NCBI RefSeq assembly: GCF_050953645.1
Contig: NZ_JBMNMY010000001.1
DNA from: Aminivibrio sp.
GTDB taxonomy: Bacteria; Synergistota; Synergistia; Synergistales; Aminobacteriaceae
Length of the DNA: 24,000 nt
Strand: one strand, 5' to 3'
Every line of letters begins with the position of its first letter. The stretch's first letter is position 1. The translations under genes were made by a program, and so were the position numbers. Of the stretch, positions 15,403 through 22,866 are shown in pieces. Under the pieces are notes generated by a model. It searched no databases, had not been told where the DNA came from, and saw only the letters and a program-made list of their open reading frames with translations.

Positions 15403-17259
15403 ATGCTCAGGGAAGCCATAGAAAAAATACTGAAGGAATGGTTAGTAGCTAAAAGAGAACCCATAAAGGGGAACTCACTTGCTGCTTTTATTCGGGATGA
15501 GTTCCCGGAGGTAGTCAGGCAAGTGCTAGGTGAAAGAAGTTCTGACTATAAAATCAGAAGCAGTCCTGGTGCGGGGAACTGGGCCGATGTCCCTTGGCTT
15601 GCGATTCTTAATCCCAAAATTGCGGCAAATACTCAAGAGGGTATAAATCCGGTTTTTCTTTTTTCTGCTGACGGTTCTGGAGTTTATCTTTCGCTGAATC
15701 AAGGTACAAGCAAGCCCAAGCAAATTCTTGGTTCACGAAAAGCCAAAGAACAAATTGAACTTATTAAGGCACAGTCTATCGTGAAAATACCTCGGTTGAA
15801 AGGCTGGGGGTTGGATTCAATTGATCTGAAAGCTAATTCACCTCTAGCAAAATCTTACGAAGAGGCCAATATTCAAGCTAGGTTCTACCCTGCAGATGAG
15901 CTTCCATCCGAAGAAATTCTCGTTGATGATCTGCTTTCCCTTGTTGATATCTACAGTCAATCGGAAGAATTTCTCACAGGATTATTGAATGATAATGGGG
16001 GAAAAGGGACTGACATCATTTCTCCTCCTGTTTTATCGCCAAGTTTCAAAAATGGAGGATTGGCAATAATATCTCTACATAAGCCCTTTCTCCTACTTGC
16101 TGGTATTTCAGGCGTGGGCAAAACCCGCTTCGTAAGAGAACAAGCGAAGGTGCATAATGTCAACCTGCTCAACTATTGCCTTGTTTCTGTTCGCCCTGAC
16201 TGGCACGAACCCTCCGATCTTTTAGGGTATATTTCGAGGATCGGGCAACAGGGTCCACGGTACATGGCGACTGATTTTCTTCGCTTCCTTGTCTCTGCGT
16301 GGAAAGATGCTGTGGACACTGTTTCCGAAGGACAAATTGTATGGAAAGAGATAGAAAAGATGGTTCCCTTCTGGTTGTGTCTTGACGAGATGAACCTTGC
16401 CCCTGTTGAACAGTATTTCGCGGATTACCTCTCCGTTCTTGAAACGAGGGAGTGGTCCGAGGGGGGCTATTTTTGTGACCCCCTTCTGAAGGCCTCCGTC
16501 TTGCATCAACTTGATGAAACCGGGTTGAATGAATTTTGGCGAGACGTAGGTCTTCAAGGAGATGGGCCGAAAGAAGATGGTTTACGAAGTTTCTTTTTGA
16601 GTGAAATTGAGGGTATTCCGCTTCCGCCTAACCTCATCGTCGCCGGAACGGTTAATATGGATGAAACTACCCACAGTTTCTCCCGAAAGGTGATTGATCG
16701 GGCCCTGACCCTGGATTTTGGGGAGTTTTTCCCCAACGATTTCGGAGCTTTTTTCGAGCCTACGACAACGTTGCGCACCTTGGGAATTCCAAAAATCACC
16801 CATGTACGGAAGAAAGACCTAGCGGTTGTGCCCGCCGACCCTGAGGGTGAAAAAACGGTGGCCTTTTTATCATCGGTAAACCAAGTCCTGGAAGGGACAC
16901 CTTTCCAGCTTGCCTTCAGGTCATTAAACGAAGCCCTTTCGCTCGTCCTCTGTTTTCTTCCCAAAGGCGACGGCGAATTGCAAGCCGTCTGGGACGATTT
17001 TCTGATGACAAAAGTGCTGCCGAGGATTGAGGGCGACGAGGACACTCTCGCTTTTGACGGCGATAAAAGCCTTCTCACAGAGCTTTCCGAAATTCTTCGG
17101 GAAGAGCTTCCCTTGATCTGGACTGACGGGAGAAAGGACCTTCTCAGGATGGAAAAGAACGGAGATGTCCTTTTCCCGGTTGAATGCCGATCCAAGCGAA
17201 AAATTACCTGGATGCAGGGTCGTCTGAAAAAAAGTGGATTTACTAGTTTCTGGCCTTAG
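15403..17259 (+). CDS. McrB-like AAA+ NTPase with N-terminal DUF3578 (MrcB_N-type) DNA-reader domain
   Basis: The N-domain motif is SSPGAGNWADVPWLAILNP...INPVFLFSADGSGVYLSLNQG. Walker A is LLLAGISGVGKT (about 16099-16122) and Walker B is WLCLDEMN. The McrB-type GTVNMDETT..SRKVIDRA segment is also present. GGGGAGAG RBS precedes ATG 15403; the track's ATG at 15388 is the alternative start. Confidence 0.85.
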   Translation: MLREAIEKILKEWLVAKREPIKGNSLAAFIRDEFPEVVRQVLGERSSDYKIRSSPGAGNWADVPWLAILNPKIAANTQEGINPVFLFSADGSGVYLSLNQGTSKPKQILGSRKAKEQIELIKAQSIVKIPRLKGWGLDSIDLKANSPLAKSYEEANIQARFYPADELPSEEILVDDLLSLVDIYSQSEEFLTGLLNDNGGKGTDIISPPVLSPSFKNGGLAIISLHKPFLLLAGISGVGKTRFVREQAKVHNVNLLNYCLVSVRPDWHEPSDLLGYISRIGQQGPRYMATDFLRFLVSAWKDAVDTVSEGQIVWKEIEKMVPFWLCLDEMNLAPVEQYFADYLSVLETREWSEGGYFCDPLLKASVLHQLDETGLNEFWRDVGLQGDGPKEDGLRSFFLSEIEGIPLPPNLIVAGTVNMDETTHSFSRKVIDRALTLDFGEFFPNDFGAFFEPTTTLRTLGIPKITHVRKKDLAVVPADPEGEKTVAFLSSVNQVLEGTPFQLAFRSLNEALSLVLCFLPKGDGELQAVWDDFLMTKVLPRIEGDEDTLAFDGDKSLLTELSEILREELPLIWTDGRKDLLRMEKNGDVLFPVECRSKRKITWMQGRLKKSGFTSFWP

Positions 17260-17292
17260 TGTTCGAACCAGGAGCGACAGGGAGGCATAGAA

Positions 17293-19650
17293 ATGCCGGA
17301 AATCCTTACACTCCAGGGAGATTATTGGAGCCTTGGTGTCTGGACACGGGATATTGAATCTCCGAGAAGGACCCTTCGACGTACTCTTGAAAAAAGAGGG
17401 AAAACCCTTCCGGAAACGGTTGTTCGTTTTTCCCCTGAAAGTGTGGTCTTGCGATGCGAATTCCAGGAAGGAAACAAGCCCGGTTCAATACATCTCCCGG
17501 ATCCCTTGTTTTTCGAGAACCGTTTGTATGAGTTTGATTTTCGGTTTGCCGATTCTGTGGATTCTTCCCCTGAACCGCGGGTGCTCCATAGGCTTGTGTC
17601 CATTTGTGACGCCTTTCATTTGTCCGGCAGAAGTTTTCGGGGAAGTGTCAATTTCGGGAATAACATCGGCTGGTTTCGACTCGGCCTAAGGTTCTTTGTC
17701 GCGAAACGCCCGATGGAGCATTTTCTCGCGTTCGAGGTCTTCCCGACGAAAATGGACATGAAAGAAGACCTCGATCGAATAACTCAAATGGTGGATAAAA
17801 CCTACCCCCTGTGGCGTTTTTCATTTGTTCAAAAAACGGAACAGGAGCTTGCCGCTTCGAAAAAACCTCATGAGCGTTTTCCCCTTCTTTGGCTCGCGTT
17901 ATTCCGCTCACTTCGGGAAGAGTTGGTCACTGCCGTAACGGTTCTTTCACGTTCCCCTCATTCCAGGCTTGTTTCGAGAGACCGGCTTCTTCAGCTCGAA
18001 AAAATAAAAGGATCCGTCTCTCCCCGCCTTGAAGAGCGCATCGCGGAGGAGATTACGGGAGGCGGAAAACAACGCCGGTACAGGATCGAAACCCGAAAAA
18101 ACACGGTAGATACGCCTGAAAACAGGTTTGTCAAAATGGTGCTCACGAAAAGCGTTCGAAACCTGCAAAACTTTGTCAAAGGACTGAGTTCCGATGGTGC
18201 ACTATCTGCGGGAGATCGACTGAGTCCCTATTTTTTAGAGGAAATGAAACAGTGGTCTTCAGGGCTTGAACGATGCCTTTCAGATCCGCTCTTCCGTTCC
18301 ATCGGCGATTACCAGGGAATTCGCCAAGAGTCCCTTGTTCTCCAGAAAAAACCGGGGTATTCAAAAGTGTATCGGATTTGGCAGGAGCTCAAGCTGTACC
18401 TCGACTTTTTCGGGCGGTCTGCCTCCATTTCAATGAAATCGGTAGCGGAACTCTATGAGATATGGTGTCTTCTCGAGATACGAAATATCCTGTCTGACCT
18501 TGGGTTTCAGGAGGACAGTTTTTTTCAGCCGTCTCTCCGGAAGTCTTTTTTTGAGAAAGAACTGCCTGAGGGTGGGGGAGCCGCTTTTAGCTTTGTTCGA
18601 CCTGATGGCCTGGCGATACGCCTTTCCCATGAGCCGGTGTTCAGCAGACCAAAAAATGGGGCTTTCAATTCTATTTTTTCATGGACTACGGTTCAAAAAC
18701 CGGATATTTTCTTGGAAGCTCAATTCCCTGACGGGAAGAAAATCCGGTGGATATTTGACGCGAAATATCGTATTTCAAGTGAAGAAGAGGGTTTTGACCT
18801 CATTCCCGACGATGCCATAAATCAGATGCATCGATACCGGGACGCTTTGGTCTATCTTTCAAAGTCCGGCGACGGAGAAGGCGATAAAAGTCGACCGGTT
18901 CTCGGAGCTTTTGTGCTATACCCCGGATGGATAGATGAGGAAAAGGTTACGAACCCCTATAAAAAAAGCATTGAGGAAGTCGGTATCGGAGGATTTCCTC
19001 TTTTGCCGGGAAGAGAAAACCTTTGGCTTCGGTCTTTCTTGGGCGAGATGTTCGGTCAGGTTGTTCAATCCGAAACTCTACGGAGAGTTCCTGAGTCAGA
19101 CGAACACCTGTTAAAAGATTCCGTTAGGATTGCACCCACAGGCCTCTCTTTATCGCGATACCGTGATCTTACGCTGGTGGCGTCGTTGTCTGGAAGGACT
19201 GGGAGAGAGAAAGAGTATTTTGAAAGATTTCTTCAAGGAAAAGCAGGCTGGTACCATATCCCCGTGAGTACAACGGAAAACTACAAGGTAGCAAGGACCG
19301 CAATTCGGGAAATCCGTTATTGCGCTATTGCAGTATCATCAACGGGTGTACCTGACCGGCGCATTGAATTTCTCTACGATGTTCTCTCTATTCGGCTCGT
19401 GAGAAGAAATGAATTCACCCTGGAACAGGCGGGAAAAATCGATCTTTCAAATTCGGCCCTCTATTGGTTGTTTGAACTAGGGTCTTCGAGGACGCTCAAA
19501 CCTCTGGTAGTTCCTGGAAAGCGAGGTTTCCGGTTTATGCTTACCGGAGCGCGGGATCTCATGGAATCTCGGGAATGGAAAGACCTGCCCGACAGGTACG
19601 CTTTTCTCAGGGAAGAACGGCTCCCGGTTTCAGGCGAGGGTTCCGAATGA
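17293..19650 (+). CDS. McrC-like nuclease subunit (DUF2357-type N-region + PD-(D/E)xK core) with an extra unassigned C-terminal domain
   Basis: 785 aa with a GGGAGG RBS. The nuclease motif is ..VQKPD(471)IFLEAQF...IRWIFD(489)AK(491)YRI...INQMHRYRDAL..GAFVLYPG, i.e. the PD...DxK arrangement seen in McrC/PDDEXK_7 proteins. It starts 33 nt after the AAA+ gene. Confidence 0.8.
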   Translation: MPEILTLQGDYWSLGVWTRDIESPRRTLRRTLEKRGKTLPETVVRFSPESVVLRCEFQEGNKPGSIHLPDPLFFENRLYEFDFRFADSVDSSPEPRVLHRLVSICDAFHLSGRSFRGSVNFGNNIGWFRLGLRFFVAKRPMEHFLAFEVFPTKMDMKEDLDRITQMVDKTYPLWRFSFVQKTEQELAASKKPHERFPLLWLALFRSLREELVTAVTVLSRSPHSRLVSRDRLLQLEKIKGSVSPRLEERIAEEITGGGKQRRYRIETRKNTVDTPENRFVKMVLTKSVRNLQNFVKGLSSDGALSAGDRLSPYFLEEMKQWSSGLERCLSDPLFRSIGDYQGIRQESLVLQKKPGYSKVYRIWQELKLYLDFFGRSASISMKSVAELYEIWCLLEIRNILSDLGFQEDSFFQPSLRKSFFEKELPEGGGAAFSFVRPDGLAIRLSHEPVFSRPKNGAFNSIFSWTTVQKPDIFLEAQFPDGKKIRWIFDAKYRISSEEEGFDLIPDDAINQMHRYRDALVYLSKSGDGEGDKSRPVLGAFVLYPGWIDEEKVTNPYKKSIEEVGIGGFPLLPGRENLWLRSFLGEMFGQVVQSETLRRVPESDEHLLKDSVRIAPTGLSLSRYRDLTLVASLSGRTGREKEYFERFLQGKAGWYHIPVSTTENYKVARTAIREIRYCAIAVSSTGVPDRRIEFLYDVLSIRLVRRNEFTLEQAGKIDLSNSALYWLFELGSSRTLKPLVVPGKRGFRFMLTGARDLMESREWKDLPDRYAFLREERLPVSGEGSE

Positions 19651-19657
19651 CCGTCAT

Positions 19658-19676
19658 GCCGGCGGGCGGCTTTTTT
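19658..19676 (+). terminator. Weak terminator after the McrC-like gene
   Basis: GCCG-GCGGG-CGGC followed by T6. The stem is only 4 bp. Confidence 0.35.
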
Positions 19677-19712
19677 CTGGAAAACGCGCCATTTCCCCAC
19701 TACCTGCAATCA

Positions 19713-21221
19713 CTGCTGTCCAAAATAAATCGAAATCTGAAATAGTACCCTGAATTTCCAGGGCTTTGCGGAGCGGTTTTAGACAGATTTGAAAACAGGT
19801 CCCCTGTTTTCCTGAACCTCGATAATTAAATCGGCTGTCCAACTTCCGACAGGGTGAATTTCAACTGTTCCGTCTCCGGCACAATGGGCGGCGTAGCAGT
19901 CCAAAAAAACGTCCGCACTCCTCTTTGTCCCTTTCTATTTTGCAACAAACAGTAAAGCCCGATAGGTAAAGAGGTCCAGCCGGAGCATGGTCGCCATGTT
20001 GGAAAAGGACCATCCCGCTTTCGAGAGATGATGCAGCCACTTGATCACCAGTAGAGAAACAAGGTGAATTGTCCGTTCCCGAAGGGAGCGGACAAGAGAA
20101 GGTACCTGGGTGATCAGGGTTGTCCAAATCTGGATGCAAAGGGCGTTCTCGCTCTCACCTATGAAGGTTTTGACCTTCAGGTTCTGCTTCAGCGTCTTGA
20201 AGAAGAGCTCGATCTCCCACCGGTCCCTGTAGATCTCACCTATGGTGCTCGCCCCGAACCTAAGATGATTGGTGAGAAGAACGATATTCTCTCCTGTTTC
20301 AGGGTTCTCGACAGTGATCCTGCGGAGCAGGCCCGGATATCTCTCCTTCATCCCCGTTCTGGTAAGACGGACGATCTCGTCGGAAAGGACATGCCTGTTT
20401 CGGGGCGGAGTACGGACTTCCTGCACGGAATAGACGCAGTTGTCCTTCATCCGGGTGACGAAAAATACGCCCCGGTCCGTCCAGGACTGATACTGAGCGA
20501 AGTCCACGTATCCCCTGTCCAGGGCAACGATGGAGCCGGGTTTGAGGGCAAGTTCCTTCGACATCCGGCTGTCGTGGGTCTTCGCATCCGTGATGGAAAC
20601 GAAGGAGGGCATGTAGTCGTCATGATCCAACAGTACGTGGACCTTTACACCGCCCTTGGCCCTCCGGAATTCCGCCCAGGGAAAAAGAGACAGGCAGAGG
20701 CTGATGGTCGTGGAGTCAAAGGACAGCAGCTTGTTCTTGAACCGGAACTTTTTCTTCCGGCATCCCAAAGAACCCGTAGAGCGGAAATGATCCGACAGCC
20801 TCCAGAACAGCTCCTCGAAAAGCTCCGCGGGACGATGATTGTTTGCATAAGAGAGGGTGGATCTCCTCGGATACTCCTTTATCCCCAGGTGAACGAGTTT
20901 TCCGTTACAGCAGCTGAGGCCGTTAACGATCTCCCTGAGAGAATCCGCTCCGGCCAGATGACAGAAAAGCATTGAGATGAGCTGCGTCTTCGACCGGAAT
21001 CCTTTGGCGTGACGCTCTGCGCCCCATTTGGCGACCAGGTTGTCAAAGTTCACGGCTGTGAAAATCTCAGAAAGCAATTGACTGAACAGGCTCGCAGGCT
21101 TTAGCATTAGTGTGCCCCCCTTTGGGTTTCTTTGAGGTGTTGTTGTGTTGGCGCATTAATAATATCTCAAGGGCCTCTCAGGGGGCATTTAATTTTCTCA
21201 AAAACCTATTTTGGACAAGAG
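19713..21221 (-). mobile_element. Putative IS4-family element (~1.5 kb); boundaries tentative
   Basis: An inverted repeat, TGTCCAAAATA at 19717-19727 and TATTTTGGACA at 21207-21217, brackets the transposase gene. There is extra partial matching outward (CTnnTGTCC). I could not identify a target-site duplication. Confidence 0.4.
19935..21107 (-). CDS. IS4-family DDE transposase (DUF4372 N-domain + DDE_Tnp_1)
   Basis: 390 aa. The N-terminus ...FSQLLSEI....F..LV.K.GAERHAKGF....QLISMLFCHLAG.DSLREI..GL matches the IS4-type DUF4372 region. DDE-region blocks include VALDRGYVDF and RWEIELFFKTLKQ. Confidence 0.85.
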   Translation of the reverse strand: MLKPASLFSQLLSEIFTAVNFDNLVAKWGAERHAKGFRSKTQLISMLFCHLAGADSLREIVNGLSCCNGKLVHLGIKEYPRRSTLSYANNHRPAELFEELFWRLSDHFRSTGSLGCRKKKFRFKNKLLSFDSTTISLCLSLFPWAEFRRAKGGVKVHVLLDHDDYMPSFVSITDAKTHDSRMSKELALKPGSIVALDRGYVDFAQYQSWTDRGVFFVTRMKDNCVYSVQEVRTPPRNRHVLSDEIVRLTRTGMKERYPGLLRRITVENPETGENIVLLTNHLRFGASTIGEIYRDRWEIELFFKTLKQNLKVKTFIGESENALCIQIWTTLITQVPSLVRSLRERTIHLVSLLVIKWLHHLSKAGWSFSNMATMLRLDLFTYRALLFVAK

Positions 21222-21230
21222 CGGTGTCTG

Positions 21231-22316
21231 TCAACCCACTTGTCGCTTTTCCGGGGTTAAAGTTTCCCGTGCTCTTTCATCCTTCTCAGGATTGAGCCAG
21301 ACCACTTTCTCCTCCTCCAGGTTCCTCACCGGACGGGTATTCCATCGTTCCGGGAATTTCCGCTTCGCTTCCTCAAGCACCTGCTTCCTCGCCGCCAGAA
21401 TAGCCGCAGATTCTCCCCGGTGACGCTGGCCCGGAGTCACGTACTTCAAGGCGCTGTGGCGGTGGATCTCGTTGTACCAGTGAACGAAGCCCAACGTCCA
21501 CTCCCTTGCCCCTTCAAGGCTCTCAAATCCGTAGGTCGGATATTCAGGGCGATATTTCAGTGTCCGGAAGAGGGACTCCGAGTAGGCGTTGTCGTCGCTT
21601 GTCCTCGGCCTGCTGTACGACCCGGATATGCCAAGTTTCTCCATCGTGGCCCTGAAGGTCGATGCCTTCATGGGGCTTCCGTTGTCGGAGTGGAGCACCA
21701 GAGGTTTCTTGTTCCTCCAGAGCGCCTCTTTGAGATATGCCTTCCGGATCAGCGTCTTCGCACACTCTCCGCTTTCCTCTTCATGGACCTCCCAGCCGAC
21801 GATATACCGGCTGAAGATGTCCACGATCATGTAGAGGTAGTAGTATTTGCCCCGGACGGGCGAAGTCAAATAGGTGATGTCCCAGGACCACACCTGGTCG
21901 GGGGCCGTTGCTCCATGCGATGCCGGAACCTTCCTGTTCGGGCCCTTTGCCTTGCCTCTGGTGTGCTGCTGGTTCTTTTCGCGCAGTATCCTGTAGAACG
22001 TCGATTCGGACGCCAGCCATTGCCCTTTGTCCGCAAGGTCCGCCACTATCTGGGCAGGCGGCTTGCTTGCATATTCCGGACTGTCGGCGATTTCGAGCAC
22101 TCTGTGCCTCTCGTCGTCGCTCAGGGTTCCCGTGGGCTTCCTGCGCTCGGCGTCCTTCCTCCCGTCTTCCTTTACTATGTTTTTCCCTCTGCCCCTGAGC
22201 CATCTCTGTCGGGTGCGGATGGTGATTCCAAGTTCACGGCACGCCATGAACAGCCTTGCTCCGTTTCTGTGGGCTTCGTCGACCAGCTCCACTGCTTTCA
22301 GGCGAGGAGCGGCCAC
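21231..22316 (-). CDS. IS3-family transposase OrfB (HTH_21 + rve integrase core, DDE)
   Basis: WSWDITYL..YLYMIVDIFSRYIVGW (D), LVLHSDNGSPM (D) and AYSESLFRTLKYR (E). GTG start as called by the ORF track. Confidence 0.9.
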   Translation of the reverse strand: MAAPRLKAVELVDEAHRNGARLFMACRELGITIRTRQRWLRGRGKNIVKEDGRKDAERRKPTGTLSDDERHRVLEIADSPEYASKPPAQIVADLADKGQWLASESTFYRILREKNQQHTRGKAKGPNRKVPASHGATAPDQVWSWDITYLTSPVRGKYYYLYMIVDIFSRYIVGWEVHEEESGECAKTLIRKAYLKEALWRNKKPLVLHSDNGSPMKASTFRATMEKLGISGSYSRPRTSDDNAYSESLFRTLKYRPEYPTYGFESLEGAREWTLGFVHWYNEIHRHSALKYVTPGQRHRGESAAILAARKQVLEEAKRKFPERWNTRPVRNLEEEKVVWLNPEKDERARETLTPEKRQVG

Positions 22317-22320
22317 CCTA

Positions 22321-22824
22321 TCAGTCTTCCTCGCCGTCCCCCCAGATCGCCTGCGCTTTTTTTCTCAGCGTCAGCAGCGCCGCCGTTTCCGCCAGCGCCC
22401 TTTCCTTCCTCAACAGCTCCTTTTCAAGGGCCTTGTTCCGTTTCTTCTCGCTACGGATCTCTTTCTGCAGTTCCTGGCGTTTTCGGAGATCCCGCTGATT
22501 CGCCTGAAGACACGCCTCCCGCCACTCTTCTATCTCCGCGGGGAAGATCCCTTTGCTGCGGCAGTACTCTCCAAGTTCGGCCTCGTTGAGCGCGTGGGTC
22601 TCCAGAACGATCAGGAACTTGTCCTCGGAGCTCCAGCGGTCGGGCTGCTCTCCGTTTCCGGGAGCGGCTTCGCCTCCGCTTCGCACTTCTTCCCGCCATT
22701 TCGCCAGGGTCACGTAGGAGACTCCGCTTTCCTCTGCCAGCCTCATGATGGGAACGTTCTCCGGCGGCATCATCTTCCGCACAAGGGCTTCCTTGAATTC
22801 AGGGCTGTATCTTTTCACCTTCAC
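22321..22824 (-). CDS. IS3-family transposase OrfA (HTH_Tnp_1 + leucine-zipper region)
   Basis: KRYSPEFKEALVRKMMPP....I..LAEESGVSYVTLAKWR is followed by a coiled-coil region (QELQKEIRSEKKRNKALEKELLRKERALAE). GTG start after GGGAGG. An A7 run sits near the 3' end. Confidence 0.85.
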   Translation of the reverse strand: MKVKRYSPEFKEALVRKMMPPENVPIMRLAEESGVSYVTLAKWREEVRSGGEAAPGNGEQPDRWSSEDKFLIVLETHALNEAELGEYCRSKGIFPAEIEEWREACLQANQRDLRKRQELQKEIRSEKKRNKALEKELLRKERALAETAALLTLRKKAQAIWGDGEED

Positions 22825-22866
22825 CGCACCTCCCGAGAGCTATTGTCAAATCTGGTGTATGGGTCA

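Larger units (their letters stand above)
21226..22866 (-). mobile_element. IS3-family element (orfA + orfB); termini not resolved
   Basis: The two-ORF IS3 organisation is clear. I could not find convincing terminal inverted repeats, and the flanks abut the neighbouring IS units. Confidence 0.45.

Noticed and set aside
19740-19860. A cluster of small hairpins (CCCTG-N6-CAGGG, GAAAACAGG-N3-CCTGTTTTC, CTGTC-N8-GACAG) as a possible structured ncRNA or att site
   Set aside because: They fall inside the putative IS4-family element, downstream of its transposase stop. Sub-terminal hairpins and terminators are common there. I recognised no covariation or known RNA family.
21190-21260. Terminal inverted repeats of the IS3-family element, comparing 21190-21260 with 22825-22866
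   Set aside because: Only a trivial shared ACCCA pentamer and TG/CA-type ends could be aligned by eye. This is not enough to define boundaries, so the element's coordinates are given only approximately.
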